Of a DNA stretch of 64,000 bases, positions 1 through 9,165 are shown piece by piece. Source of the stretch: Planctomycetota bacterium (GTDB lineage Bacteria; Planctomycetota; PLA2; JAEUHO01); the NCBI GenBank assembly GCA_965222115.1, contig CBDCTJ010000007.1, positions 2,848,001 through 2,912,000 of the forward strand. The letters are read 5' to 3'. Both the position numbers and the translations under genes were made by a program. Positions within the stretch are counted from its first letter, which is position 1. Every line of letters starts with the position of its first letter. The notes beneath the pieces were generated by a model. The model had not been told where the DNA came from. It was given only the letters and a program-made list of their open reading frames with translations, and did no database searches.

Positions 1-174
1 CGCCGCCATGTTGTTCGTACTTCAGCGTCGATTTGACGACCCGTGATCGTCCACGTCCACGAACTGGCGAGAGTCGATCATCGAACGCTCCCACTTGGGT
101 CCACGTTTCGGGTAACGGGATTCGGGTCACGGGTATCGGAAACGAACTGGAGAGGTTCGAATACAGTACGGCCC

Positions 175-591
175 GTGAAACTCCTCACCTTCCAAGCCAA
201 ACGATTCGCGTGGACGCCGTTCTCGAAAACGCTGGACGACGCGCCTGACGCTGAGGGTGGAGAGTCGATTTCGGACTGCGTGGTGGCGTTTATTCACGTT
301 GAACCGGATGATGTGAGCGAAGAACGCCGGTCCAAGGTCTTCAAGACCGCGCTCAAACACCTCAAATGGCTGGCCAACAAGCGCGAGTACCGCTCGATTG
401 TGCTCCACACCTTTGCCCATCTTGGCGGTGAGAATGCCGACCCCGAGGAGTCGCGAGCCCTATTTGACTCCCTGGCCGAGCGTCTCCGGCAGACGGGATA
501 CGAAGTTTGGATTACGCCTTTCGGCTATTTTTGTGAATGGGACCTGTCAGTTCACGGCGAGAGTTTGGCCAAGGTATGGAAGTCGATTTAG
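175..591 (+). CDS. Stand-alone threonyl-tRNA synthetase editing-domain protein (archaeal-type, DTD-like fold)
   Basis: Motifs VVAFIHVE, FAHL, PFGY and HGESLA..KSI match the archaeal ThrRS N-terminal editing domain. GTG at 175 (VKLLTFQ) is the likely start within ORF 43..591. Confidence 0.8.
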   Translation: MKLLTFQAKRFAWTPFSKTLDDAPDAEGGESISDCVVAFIHVEPDDVSEERRSKVFKTALKHLKWLANKREYRSIVLHTFAHLGGENADPEESRALFDSLAERLRQTGYEVWITPFGYFCEWDLSVHGESLAKVWKSI

Positions 592-623
592 ATCTGTAGC
601 TCCATTCCGCGCGAGGATATCTG

Positions 624-2144
624 ATGGCGACCCAAGCAACCGTGGATCTCCACAAGCTGGCACGCTTTCTCAACTTGGCGTTGCCGGTCCTAGCAGCTGC
701 CTTCTTTGCCGCGGGCTACTACGTCTCGTTCTACTTTCACTTTGGCACCGTGATCTTCCTGCTGCTCACGATTGCCAACTTCTTCTATCGGCATGTGCAA
801 ACCAAACACGCAATCCTTCGCAACTTCGGCATCGTCGGTCAGATGCGCTACATCCTGGAGAGCGTGGGGCCGGAACTTCGGCAGTATCTCTTTGCCAACA
901 ATCGTGAAGAACGACCCTTCGACCGCAATGAACGCGCAGAGGTCTATCGCAAGGCCAAAGGTGTTGACTCCGCCTCTAGCTTTGGGTCGCAAAAGGAGTT
1001 CGATCCCACTGAAATCAAGATTCGGCACGCGATGTATCCACTCGATCATCACGACTTAGAACCCTATCGCGTGACGTTCGGCGAGGAGCGAGGACTGGCC
1101 TCGGCATACACCATCCATCGCCACATCATGATTAGCGCCATGAGTTATGGATCACTCGGGCGGCAGGCGGTTCGCACGTTGTCGCGTGGCGCGAAAAAGG
1201 CCGGGATCCCCATGAACACCGGCGAAGGCGGATTCCCCAAGCACCACTTGGTAGAAGGCAGCGAACTCATTTTTCAGATGGGTACCGCCAAGTTTGGCTG
1301 TCGAAATGAAGACGGCAGCCTCAACGAAGACGGACTTCGCAACATTGCCAGCCAACCGTCGGTCAAGATGATTGAGATTAAGTTCTCGCAAGGCGCCAAG
1401 CCTGGGAAGGGCGGGCTGCTGCCGAAGGAGAAGATCTCCCAAGAGATTGCCGAACTGCGCGGCGTGGCCATGGGCAAAGACGTGATCTCGCCCCCCTACC
1501 ATGTGGAGTGCCGCGACAATGCCTCCACCGTGGCGCTCATCAAGCAGGTGCAAGACGTGTCGGGACTTCCCACCGGCATCAAGTTCTGTGTGGGATCACT
1601 CGAAGACACCAAACAACTCATTCTTGAAATGCGGCGCCAGGACTGTTTCCCCGACTTCATCGCCATCGACGGGGCCGAAGGAGGAACGGGAGCGGCGCCT
1701 CGAACCTACTTGGACAATTTTGGTCTTCCACTCTTGCCCGCCCTTGCCGGTGTGCAGGACATCTTGGTGGAACTGGGTGTACGCGACCGACTCAAGCTCA
1801 TCGCTGCCGGCAAACTCATCACCGCCGGACGTCAACTCATCGCCATGTGTCTCGGCGCCGATGCGATCTACAGCGCGCGCGGTTTCATGCTCGCCATCGG
1901 TTGTATTCAAGCCATGCTTTGTGGCAACAATACGTGCCCCGTCGGCATTACAACGCACGACGAGGCGCTGCAATCCGGCCTGGTCATCGAACCTAAGTCC
2001 AACCGCGTGGCGCACTACGTGGACAGCCTCGAGCACGAACTTCAAGAACTGTTGTGCAGCGTCGGCGCGCGCAGCTACCGCAAACTCAGCCGCGAAACGC
2101 TATTCGTGCCCTCGGGATCCATTCTCGCCGAAGAGGTACGTTGA
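624..2144 (+). CDS. FMN-binding glutamate synthase family protein with N-terminal TM helices
   Basis: ISAMSYGSL, NTGEGG, EIKFSQGAKPGKGG, DGAEGGTGAAP and the 3Fe-4S motif CIQAMLCGNNTCP; hydrophobic N-terminus. Confidence 0.9.
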   Translation: MATQATVDLHKLARFLNLALPVLAAAFFAAGYYVSFYFHFGTVIFLLLTIANFFYRHVQTKHAILRNFGIVGQMRYILESVGPELRQYLFANNREERPFDRNERAEVYRKAKGVDSASSFGSQKEFDPTEIKIRHAMYPLDHHDLEPYRVTFGEERGLASAYTIHRHIMISAMSYGSLGRQAVRTLSRGAKKAGIPMNTGEGGFPKHHLVEGSELIFQMGTAKFGCRNEDGSLNEDGLRNIASQPSVKMIEIKFSQGAKPGKGGLLPKEKISQEIAELRGVAMGKDVISPPYHVECRDNASTVALIKQVQDVSGLPTGIKFCVGSLEDTKQLILEMRRQDCFPDFIAIDGAEGGTGAAPRTYLDNFGLPLLPALAGVQDILVELGVRDRLKLIAAGKLITAGRQLIAMCLGADAIYSARGFMLAIGCIQAMLCGNNTCPVGITTHDEALQSGLVIEPKSNRVAHYVDSLEHELQELLCSVGARSYRKLSRETLFVPSGSILAEEVR

Positions 2145-2145
2145 T

Positions 2146-2553
2146 ATGGCCGCTACGAAACCACCGCCCAAGCCGAAATCGACCACGGCGTCCATCATTG
2201 CCTTTGTTTGCGAGCTCTGTGCTGCTGGCATTCTCGGATACGCGGCGTGGAGTAAGTTCGCGGCCACCGAAGACGCAGTCGCCATGTTCACAGCGTTAGG
2301 AATGGAACCCGGCGGACGCATCTTGATTGGCGTGCTGGAAGCGATTGCGGCCGTCGCATTACTCATTCCAGCAAGTGGCATTCTCGGCGCCGCACTTGGT
2401 AGCGCGGTGATGACGGGAGCCATCATCGCACATCTCACAGTGCTTGAACTGAAGACGATTCTCATGGCAGTCGTCGTGCTGGTTTTGTGTACGACGATCA
2501 TCTTTTTGCGCCGACATCAATCGGAGTTCTTTCGGAATATGTTTGACCGTTGA
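2146..2553 (+). CDS. DoxX-like membrane protein
   Basis: ATG 1 nt after the upstream stop; about 4 TM helices; AWSKF, IGVLE and MTGAIIAHL motifs. Confidence 0.75.
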   Translation: MAATKPPPKPKSTTASIIAFVCELCAAGILGYAAWSKFAATEDAVAMFTALGMEPGGRILIGVLEAIAAVALLIPASGILGAALGSAVMTGAIIAHLTVLELKTILMAVVVLVLCTTIIFLRRHQSEFFRNMFDR

Positions 2554-2585
2554 GATACGCGGCACCACCTGCCTTCATTGCAGTC

Positions 2586-2903
2586 TCACACCACCCCAAA
2601 ATGCGGAAAGCGCTTCGTGGCCTCGGGCAACTCCGCCAGACACGGAAACTCCGCGATCTCAGCCATGGCGTTCCACAGCGGGCCCACCTCGGCGTGCTCG
2701 TGCGCCTTGTGTGCCGCCGCGCCATCGATCCATTCGAAGACTTCGAGAATCGTTCCGTCGTCGGACTTCATCATGACGAAGGGTCGATCGGTCACGAGGC
2801 CGGCCTTGCGGAGCAATCCCTCATGCTTGGCGAGCAGCGCTTGAAACTCGTCCCGTTTGCTGCGGCGGGGCTTGTAGAGGGCGATGACAAGTTCGGAACT
2901 CAT
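2586..2903 (-). CDS. Small hypothetical protein, possibly dimeric alpha-beta barrel
   Basis: ATG at 2903 (MSSELVIALYKP...LEVFEW); ABM-like strand/helix pattern. Confidence 0.65.
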   Translation of the reverse strand: MSSELVIALYKPRRSKRDEFQALLAKHEGLLRKAGLVTDRPFVMMKSDDGTILEVFEWIDGAAAHKAHEHAEVGPLWNAMAEIAEFPCLAELPEATKRFPHFGVV

Positions 2904-2961
2904 GACGTGCTCCAGTACCGTAGGGACATCGGCGATAGGTTTGGCCGGAAAGGTATCAGAA

Positions 2962-3900
2962 ATGCGGATCGGTGTTGTAGGTGCGCGAAGAGTGCGAAGT
3001 GGAACGGGGGCGTTTCTTGCCCGTTTCGCGCACGACGCTGGCGCCTCACTCGCTACCGTCTTGGGAACCACGTCTTCATCGTCGTCATCCGCTGCCAATC
3101 AGATCGGTCAATCGACGGCGTGCGAAGTGTTGGCGTGTACGACATGGGGCGAGTTGACCGACGCAGGAATCGATGCGGTGATCATCGCATCGCCCGCGAA
3201 CACGCATGGAGCCTATCTTGAAAGAGCCCTAGAGGCTTCGCTGCACGTCTACTGTGAAAAGCCCCTGCTTTGGTCCCGAGACATGCAAGTTCAGGCAAAG
3301 GAACTTGCCGACGCCTTTCTCGCGAAGGGGCTCCATCTGCATGTTGGGACGCAATGGCCCTTCACCCTGCCGACGTATCAATCGCTCTTTCCAAACATCG
3401 ATCTTGCATCCTCGCGGCGGTTTTCGATGCGCATGTCGTTGCCGGCGAGTCGCGAACACACGATTGCGGAGTGCATGCCCCACCCGCTCAGCTTGCTCCT
3501 TGCCGTACACCCGGATCCACAGGCCAACGTGGAAACATTCGAACTCGACGACGACCCCGAAACCCTTCGAGTGACATTTGACTACGTGACATCGGAAGTG
3601 CGCGTGAACTGCACAGTACGCATCGAGTCTCATTTCGACCCGTTGCGGAATATGGGCTATGGCTGGGACGGCCACCTGGCAACTCGCGTGCGCGATGATC
3701 GGGGGACGTCTCTGCGACTGCGCGACGAGGCATCCGGCGACGATCGTCATCTCCCCGAACCCGCACGCGATAGCATGGCGGCGTTTGTCCGGGCAGTCCA
3801 GAAGCACGAGCCGGCGTTCGTCCATCCGGGCGCTGTGCCCGGTGTGCGATTGCTTGAGTCGATTCGTACCGCCGTCGAAGATTGGCCATCGCGCAGGTAA
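2962..3900 (+). CDS. Gfo/Idh/MocA family oxidoreductase
   Basis: Rossmann start MRIGVVGA, DAVIIASP..H and HVYCEKP. Confidence 0.85.
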   Translation: MRIGVVGARRVRSGTGAFLARFAHDAGASLATVLGTTSSSSSSAANQIGQSTACEVLACTTWGELTDAGIDAVIIASPANTHGAYLERALEASLHVYCEKPLLWSRDMQVQAKELADAFLAKGLHLHVGTQWPFTLPTYQSLFPNIDLASSRRFSMRMSLPASREHTIAECMPHPLSLLLAVHPDPQANVETFELDDDPETLRVTFDYVTSEVRVNCTVRIESHFDPLRNMGYGWDGHLATRVRDDRGTSLRLRDEASGDDRHLPEPARDSMAAFVRAVQKHEPAFVHPGAVPGVRLLESIRTAVEDWPSRR

Positions 3901-3912
3901 ACTTGCGCACCT

Positions 3913-5172
3913 ATGGCCGACCGTTCCACTCCGCAGCTAACGCCGATTCACGACTTTGGGCGCAAGCTCCGCCAGCCGGGCGTGTGCGATGCACTGAATG
4001 CGTATGTTCAATGGCAGCGCCAGGCGCGAAGCGGTGAGAAGAACGGAAACGACGCACCCCCACTGCCCGTAAGGGCACCCGTGAGTATCAATCTGGATCT
4101 TACGACCGCGTGCAACTACGCATGCGATCACTGCATCGATTGGGACATTCTCAATAGCGGCATCAATCACCGCGATGAGGAGTTGCGCGCATCGATTGCC
4201 GCCATGCACCGTGATGGCCTAAGGAGCGTCATCTTGATTGGCGGCGGTGAGCCCACGATCTACCCCGGATTCGCTTCCATGGTCCGGTACCTGAAGTCGT
4301 TGAGCCTCCAGGTTGCCATTGTGAGCAACGGTAGCCGCAACGATCGCATAGCGGAGGTCATGGACATCCTTGAGGCGGAGGACTGGGTGCGCCTTAGTCT
4401 CGATTCGGGCACGGACGAAACGTTTCAGGCCATGCATCGACCCAAGAAGGCCATCACGCTCGAGGCCATTTGCAAAGGTGTATCGAAACTCAAGGCAAAG
4501 AACCCCGTGCCCACAATTGGGTTTAGCTTCGTCATGACGTGGAATGGCGCCATGCGCGCCCCCGACGCACCCGCGGTCGTGGAGAATATTGGCGAGATTG
4601 AATCCGCGGCTCGCTTGGCCCGCGACCACGGCTTTGACTACATCTCGTTCAAACCGTTCTTATTGAGAACAGACGAGGGCGCGGAAGTGCTCGATCCCCA
4701 TGGTGCAAAGGAAGCGCTCGATGAGGTGGTTCAGCGCATTCGCACAGCCATCGACGGCGCAAAGCAGTTCGCCTCGCCCACGTTTTGCGTGCTTGAGAGC
4801 ACCAATTGGAAGGTCCTTGAGCAAGGGACGTGGGAGGCGTGGACAAAGCAACCGAAGCAGTGTCACATGCAGGCGTTTCGTCAAGTGCTAAGCCCCGAAG
4901 GTCTTTGGAATTGCCCCGCCCACCGCGGGGTTGACGGCGCGAAGATTGCCGAACGGACCATTCACACCCAGGACGACACCGGTGCGATCGCAGCAAGGCA
5001 CACGCAGGCCATGATTGAATCCTTCGACGCCCGTCATGAGTGCCGCGAAGTGACGTGCCTCTACCACGATGTGAACTGGTGGATTGAATCCCTCATCGAG
5101 AATGCCGGTCCCGTGTCACCTTCACCTTCCAAGACACCGGCACCTTCCAAGACACCGGACTTTTTTCTCTAG
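3913..5172 (+). CDS. Radical SAM protein with C-terminal SPASM/twitch-like Cys cluster
   Basis: CNYACDHC (CxxxCxxC), GGGEP, SNG and RLSLDS; four C-terminal Cys (CHMQ, WNCP, HEC, TCLYH). Confidence 0.9.
   Translation: MADRSTPQLTPIHDFGRKLRQPGVCDALNAYVQWQRQARSGEKNGNDAPPLPVRAPVSINLDLTTACNYACDHCIDWDILNSGINHRDEELRASIAAMHRDGLRSVILIGGGEPTIYPGFASMVRYLKSLSLQVAIVSNGSRNDRIAEVMDILEAEDWVRLSLDSGTDETFQAMHRPKKAITLEAICKGVSKLKAKNPVPTIGFSFVMTWNGAMRAPDAPAVVENIGEIESAARLARDHGFDYISFKPFLLRTDEGAEVLDPHGAKEALDEVVQRIRTAIDGAKQFASPTFCVLESTNWKVLEQGTWEAWTKQPKQCHMQAFRQVLSPEGLWNCPAHRGVDGAKIAERTIHTQDDTGAIAARHTQAMIESFDARHECREVTCLYHDVNWWIESLIENAGPVSPSPSKTPAPSKTPDFFL
5123..5158 (+). repeat. Perfect 18-bp tandem duplication at the 3' end of the radical SAM gene
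   Basis: caccttccaagacaccgg x2 (PSKTPAPSKTP). Confidence 0.9.
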
Positions 5173-5202
5173 TTGTCCAAACGGAGCATGAGGTCAACCC
5201 CA

Positions 5203-5976
5203 ATGACTGCGCCCCTTAAGTCCATCCGTGTCGTCGAAGACTACACAAGTCGTTCCAAGCCCGATGAGGGCTTCCTGCGCGTCCGTCGTTTGAAACTCGA
5301 AAATACCTATCGTGATGGCACCGTGTCGGATCCCTATCCTTGTGACATCGTTTCACGGCGCTACACGGATGCGGTTGCAATTGTGATTTGGGAACGCACC
5401 GGCATGCGCACCCTCAAAGTCGCAATGCGCACCGGCATCCGACCGCCGATCTACTTTCGCAAAGACCGCACCGATCTTGTGCAACCCGATGATCGTGAGC
5501 ATCTCTTAATGACCGAGATCTGTGCCGGTGTGTTGGAAGATGAAGACAAGGGCGAGGAAGGTATCCGCCAACGCGCCGCACTTGAGTGTGAAGAGGAAGC
5601 GGGTTACGCCGTGCCGCCCGGTGCAATCATGTCTTTGGGGCAACCTATGTTTGCCAGCCCCGGCGTGAGTGATGAAAAGGTCTTCTATTGCGCGGCGCAA
5701 ACCATGCTTTCTGAACGCGGCGAGGCCGCGGGTGACGGCTCACCGATGGAAGACGGTGGCGAAGTGTTGTTGTTCGACATCGACGACGCGCTCCACCTCT
5801 GTCGAAAAGGCGAGATTCCCGATGCGAAGACTGAGATTGGCTTGCTGCGCCTGTGCCACCGCGTTGGCTACAGCCCACAACTTGGCTGTTTCGTGGAAGA
5901 TCTTCCCGAGCCGTTTCGTCCGGGCGCCACACGCGCGGCTTGGCTACTTGGCGAATCCGAGGACCCGGGCGACTGA
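5203..5976 (+). CDS. NUDIX hydrolase (ADP-ribose/NDP-sugar pyrophosphatase-like)
   Basis: Variant Nudix box AGVLE...AALECEEEAGY, plus SPGVSDE and IPDAKT. Confidence 0.85.
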   Translation: MTAPLKSIRVVEDYTSRSKPDEGFLRVRRLKLENTYRDGTVSDPYPCDIVSRRYTDAVAIVIWERTGMRTLKVAMRTGIRPPIYFRKDRTDLVQPDDREHLLMTEICAGVLEDEDKGEEGIRQRAALECEEEAGYAVPPGAIMSLGQPMFASPGVSDEKVFYCAAQTMLSERGEAAGDGSPMEDGGEVLLFDIDDALHLCRKGEIPDAKTEIGLLRLCHRVGYSPQLGCFVEDLPEPFRPGATRAAWLLGESEDPGD

Positions 5977-6006
5977 AGTAGGCTTGGCGTTCTACGGAGG
6001 TCAGCT

Positions 6007-6861
6007 ATGAGTCGCACCGCAGTGCTTGTCGGTCTCGTCTTCGTTGCGCTTGGTGGCACGGTGATTTGGTTAGCTTCGCGAGTTCACACGTTAGAAGGCG
6101 ACGTCTGCGATCTCACCGAGCGCCTCAATAATCCAGCAACGGCGACACAACGAAGTGAATCTAGCAGCGATTCAGACCACCCCACGTTGGAGGCCGACAC
6201 CACCTTCGAAGACCAAGTCGAGCATGCGCTTCGATCCGGTGCGCTTAAGCGTGTGCTTCAAGATTCTCAAGAAGACGCCGCGGTTGTTTCCGCCCTCACT
6301 AGACTTCTTCAAAATTCGTCGCGTCCGGCGGCCGCGGGAACAACCCGAGCGGGAGCGACTTCGCCGGGCACACCTTCACCCGATGACGCCGTGTTTTATG
6401 GAGCTGTCAAAGACGTGGTGATGGAACTCACGGACAACGTCGATTTCCGGACAAAGTTGGGGCTCAACGTTCCGCCCAAAGACATTCCAAAGAATGCGCC
6501 GTTTGCCAGGGTGGCGGACGTATTGAAGCTTGACCAACGACAGTCCGATACCATGCGCAAGGACGTCGAAGACATGCAAGGCAAGCTGATGGAAGCGCTC
6601 ACGATCGAGCGCAGCGACGGCGTGGATGTCATGGGCGAGATTGCCAAGGCGGAAGCGCTCAAGGAGGGCGACCCCTCCAAGACCGAAATCTTCGTCAAGC
6701 TCTTCCAGCTCAAAATCCCCGGAACCGAGACGACGTACTTTCAGCGCGTTACAGCGCTGCAACGCGACTTCCGCAATCGCACCCTCGACTACTTACACGA
6801 CGAGCAGCTAGAGCGCCTGAAGTCCATTAACGTGGACTGGTTCTCGGTTCGCATGGATTGA
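6007..6861 (+). CDS. Hypothetical protein with N-terminal membrane anchor
   Basis: GGAGG RBS; N-terminal TM helix followed by a helical soluble domain. Confidence 0.7.
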   Translation: MSRTAVLVGLVFVALGGTVIWLASRVHTLEGDVCDLTERLNNPATATQRSESSSDSDHPTLEADTTFEDQVEHALRSGALKRVLQDSQEDAAVVSALTRLLQNSSRPAAAGTTRAGATSPGTPSPDDAVFYGAVKDVVMELTDNVDFRTKLGLNVPPKDIPKNAPFARVADVLKLDQRQSDTMRKDVEDMQGKLMEALTIERSDGVDVMGEIAKAEALKEGDPSKTEIFVKLFQLKIPGTETTYFQRVTALQRDFRNRTLDYLHDEQLERLKSINVDWFSVRMD

Positions 6862-6905
6862 CGCACTCGCATGGTCGCCTGCCTGTCTATTTCTGGGTGT
6901 GATTG

Positions 6906-8528
6906 CTACTTCTGGATGTGCCTGAGCAAGTAGTAGCGATGGGGTGGCAACTCGTCTTTCGGCGAGTCCATCGGTGTGGCGGACACGGCGTCGCCCTTCA
7001 AGTGATTCTTGTAGAGATTCACGGGACGACACACCGCCAAGTCGTCGTTTGCCTTCACAAACACGAGCACCTGAAGGCGGGAACCGTCCACGCGATAGAA
7101 CTGCCCACTTGAGTAGCGCCAGCGCGTATCTCGCTCCCAAGCGGATGACGGTACGCGGGTCGCGAGGATCTCGGCATCCGCCATCTGCTTCTTGATGGCG
7201 GCCACAGCCGTATCCACAACGGACTTGATGTCAGCGGCCCCGTAGCCTGTAGCGGGCATGCGATTGGCGTCGATGATTTGCTTTTCAAGCTGCTTGGCCT
7301 GCTGTTTCAGCGCCGCGCGCGCGTCCTTCACGCGCGTGGCATACGCGTCACCGGCCTTGGCGTCATACGCCGTGAGCACGAGCACCTTCTGGTCGGCCCA
7401 CTTCATGCGCTGCGCAATGCCACCGTGCTCCCCAAAGAATAGGGGCTTACCATCCTTGACCGCCTTGTCGGCCATCTTCTTTGCCTCGGCGATGTCCGCG
7501 TCAATCTCCCCAGGCAGCACCTTTCGGTGCGCTTGAAGTTTCTCTGCAAATGTCTTGCGTTTCGAGGCATAGAAACGAAACACACCCATCATTTGCTCAC
7601 CTGCACGCGTCTTCTGATCGACGAGCGGTTGATAGAGCTTGGCGATGCGTTGAATCTCTTTCTGGACCGCTTCGTCTTCTTTCACCGTAGCCGCGTAGCG
7701 CTCGGGTTGCTGAACGAGCGCGTCCCAATCGCGATAGCGCGCGCCAAGCTCCTGCACCTTCTTTAGGTCCGCGTTGTACTGCGGATAGTTCTCCATTCCC
7801 GTCAGTTTTTGCAGGGTGGCGTCGATGACCTTCAGTGCTTTTGATGTGGACTCGATGTTGCTCGCCGCAGCGTTGGCCGCTTTCAATACCGGTGCTACCT
7901 GAGGATGGTCCGCGGGCAGTGTCGTCAAGCGCTTCATGGCCAATGCGTGTTTCTCGGCAGCCGTATCGATGGTTTGGACGGCGGCACGAATGTCGGCGTG
8001 AACCGGCTTGTCGTTCCCGCCCGCCTGGTAGGCATCCAGCACCTTCTTCGCCGCCTCGAAATTGCCCTTCACCGTATTCATGTAGTATCGCGCGTCTTTG
8101 AGCGCCTTCTCCTGGGTGTAATGAAGTTTGGGCCCCACGGGTGTTGCGGTGGGAGACGCACTACCTCCGCCCACGATGCCATTCAAAACAGCAGCGGCGT
8201 CGTTGCTCGCCTTTAGGGAAGTAAGCGCCGCTTTGACTTCGGCGTGCTCCGCTGGCAGCGTTTCCAGGATCTGGCCAGCCTTTGTGAGCCGCTCGGTGGC
8301 ACTCGCCAACCGCATCTTTGTCAGCTTGAGGCGAGAGCCTTTCGCCGGATTCGCTTTCGTACCGGCTGTGGAGCCCGCGGCCTGCAGATCGCCCTGTGCG
8401 CTGCGAATCATGTTGGCGGCATTTCGAAGTGACTGGGCCTGCTCGGGCGTCAGATCTCTCGCCAACGCCGACCCGGCAAACAACACGACGACGGTGGTAC
8501 CAATCGCAAATCGAAGCATTCGAGACAT
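6906..8528 (-). CDS. Secreted alpha-helical hypothetical protein with internal repeat
   Basis: Long ORF; GAGGAG RBS before MSRMLRFAIG; signal peptide ending ALA; repeated LPAxH units. Confidence 0.75.
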   Translation of the reverse strand: MSRMLRFAIGTTVVVLFAGSALARDLTPEQAQSLRNAANMIRSAQGDLQAAGSTAGTKANPAKGSRLKLTKMRLASATERLTKAGQILETLPAEHAEVKAALTSLKASNDAAAVLNGIVGGGSASPTATPVGPKLHYTQEKALKDARYYMNTVKGNFEAAKKVLDAYQAGGNDKPVHADIRAAVQTIDTAAEKHALAMKRLTTLPADHPQVAPVLKAANAAASNIESTSKALKVIDATLQKLTGMENYPQYNADLKKVQELGARYRDWDALVQQPERYAATVKEDEAVQKEIQRIAKLYQPLVDQKTRAGEQMMGVFRFYASKRKTFAEKLQAHRKVLPGEIDADIAEAKKMADKAVKDGKPLFFGEHGGIAQRMKWADQKVLVLTAYDAKAGDAYATRVKDARAALKQQAKQLEKQIIDANRMPATGYGAADIKSVVDTAVAAIKKQMADAEILATRVPSSAWERDTRWRYSSGQFYRVDGSRLQVLVFVKANDDLAVCRPVNLYKNHLKGDAVSATPMDSPKDELPPHRYYLLRHIQK

Positions 8529-8581
8529 GACAATCTCCTCAGTACGGGAGACGTCACTGTACCCGATTTGGGCCGGGGGTG

Positions 8582-9151
8582 TTAGACGGCTTGCACTTCC
8601 ATGACTTCGGGGATGGATTGCTTCAATCGCGTTTCGATGCCTTGCTTTAGTGTGAGCAGTGAACTCGGGCAACCGTGACACGATCCCTTCATTTGGAGAA
8701 ACACCACGCCACCCTCAAATCGGTCAAAAACGATGTCACCGCCATCCATGGCAACTGCGGGTCGAATCTGTGAATCCAAAATCTCAACAATCTTCTGCTC
8801 AACTTCCGAATCGGCTCCCGCGTGTCCGCCTTGCTGAAATGCCTCGGTGACCACGGGTTCGTCCGAACTGAGGTGTGCATTGAGTTCACGCAAGACACCT
8901 TGGTGAATGCCGCCCATGAGCGCCTGATCGGCCACCGTAATCGTGACGAAATCTTTGCCAATCATGACGCCCGAGACACCTTCAATCCCAAACAAGCGAG
9001 CCGCAAGCGGAGCATGCTCGGTCTCGGCGACCGACGTAAAGTTGGCGGCGCCGCGCTCCAGAAGGGCGCGATCCACGCTGTACTTTAGCGTGTCGGGATT
9101 GGGGGTGAACTCAAGCTTGATTTGAACGGACACGGGGCACCTCAGTAGCAA
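8582..9151 (-). CDS. Nfu/NifU family Fe-S cluster carrier (Nfu-N + NifU-C)
   Basis: TPNPDTLKY, IRPAVAMDGGDI and GSCHGCPSS; true start may be slightly downstream. Confidence 0.9.
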   Translation of the reverse strand: MLLRCPVSVQIKLEFTPNPDTLKYSVDRALLERGAANFTSVAETEHAPLAARLFGIEGVSGVMIGKDFVTITVADQALMGGIHQGVLRELNAHLSSDEPVVTEAFQQGGHAGADSEVEQKIVEILDSQIRPAVAMDGGDIVFDRFEGGVVFLQMKGSCHGCPSSLLTLKQGIETRLKQSIPEVMEVQAV

Positions 9152-9165
9152 CGATTCACCAGCAA

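Noticed and set aside
1501-2145. N-terminal extension of the 350-aa ORF 1501..2553
   Set aside because: Overlaps the glutamate synthase-family gene out of frame; only the part from ATG 2146 looks real
3913-5172. Radical SAM protein as a RiPP maturase
   Set aside because: No precursor peptide, RRE/PqqD domain or peptide exporter adjacent
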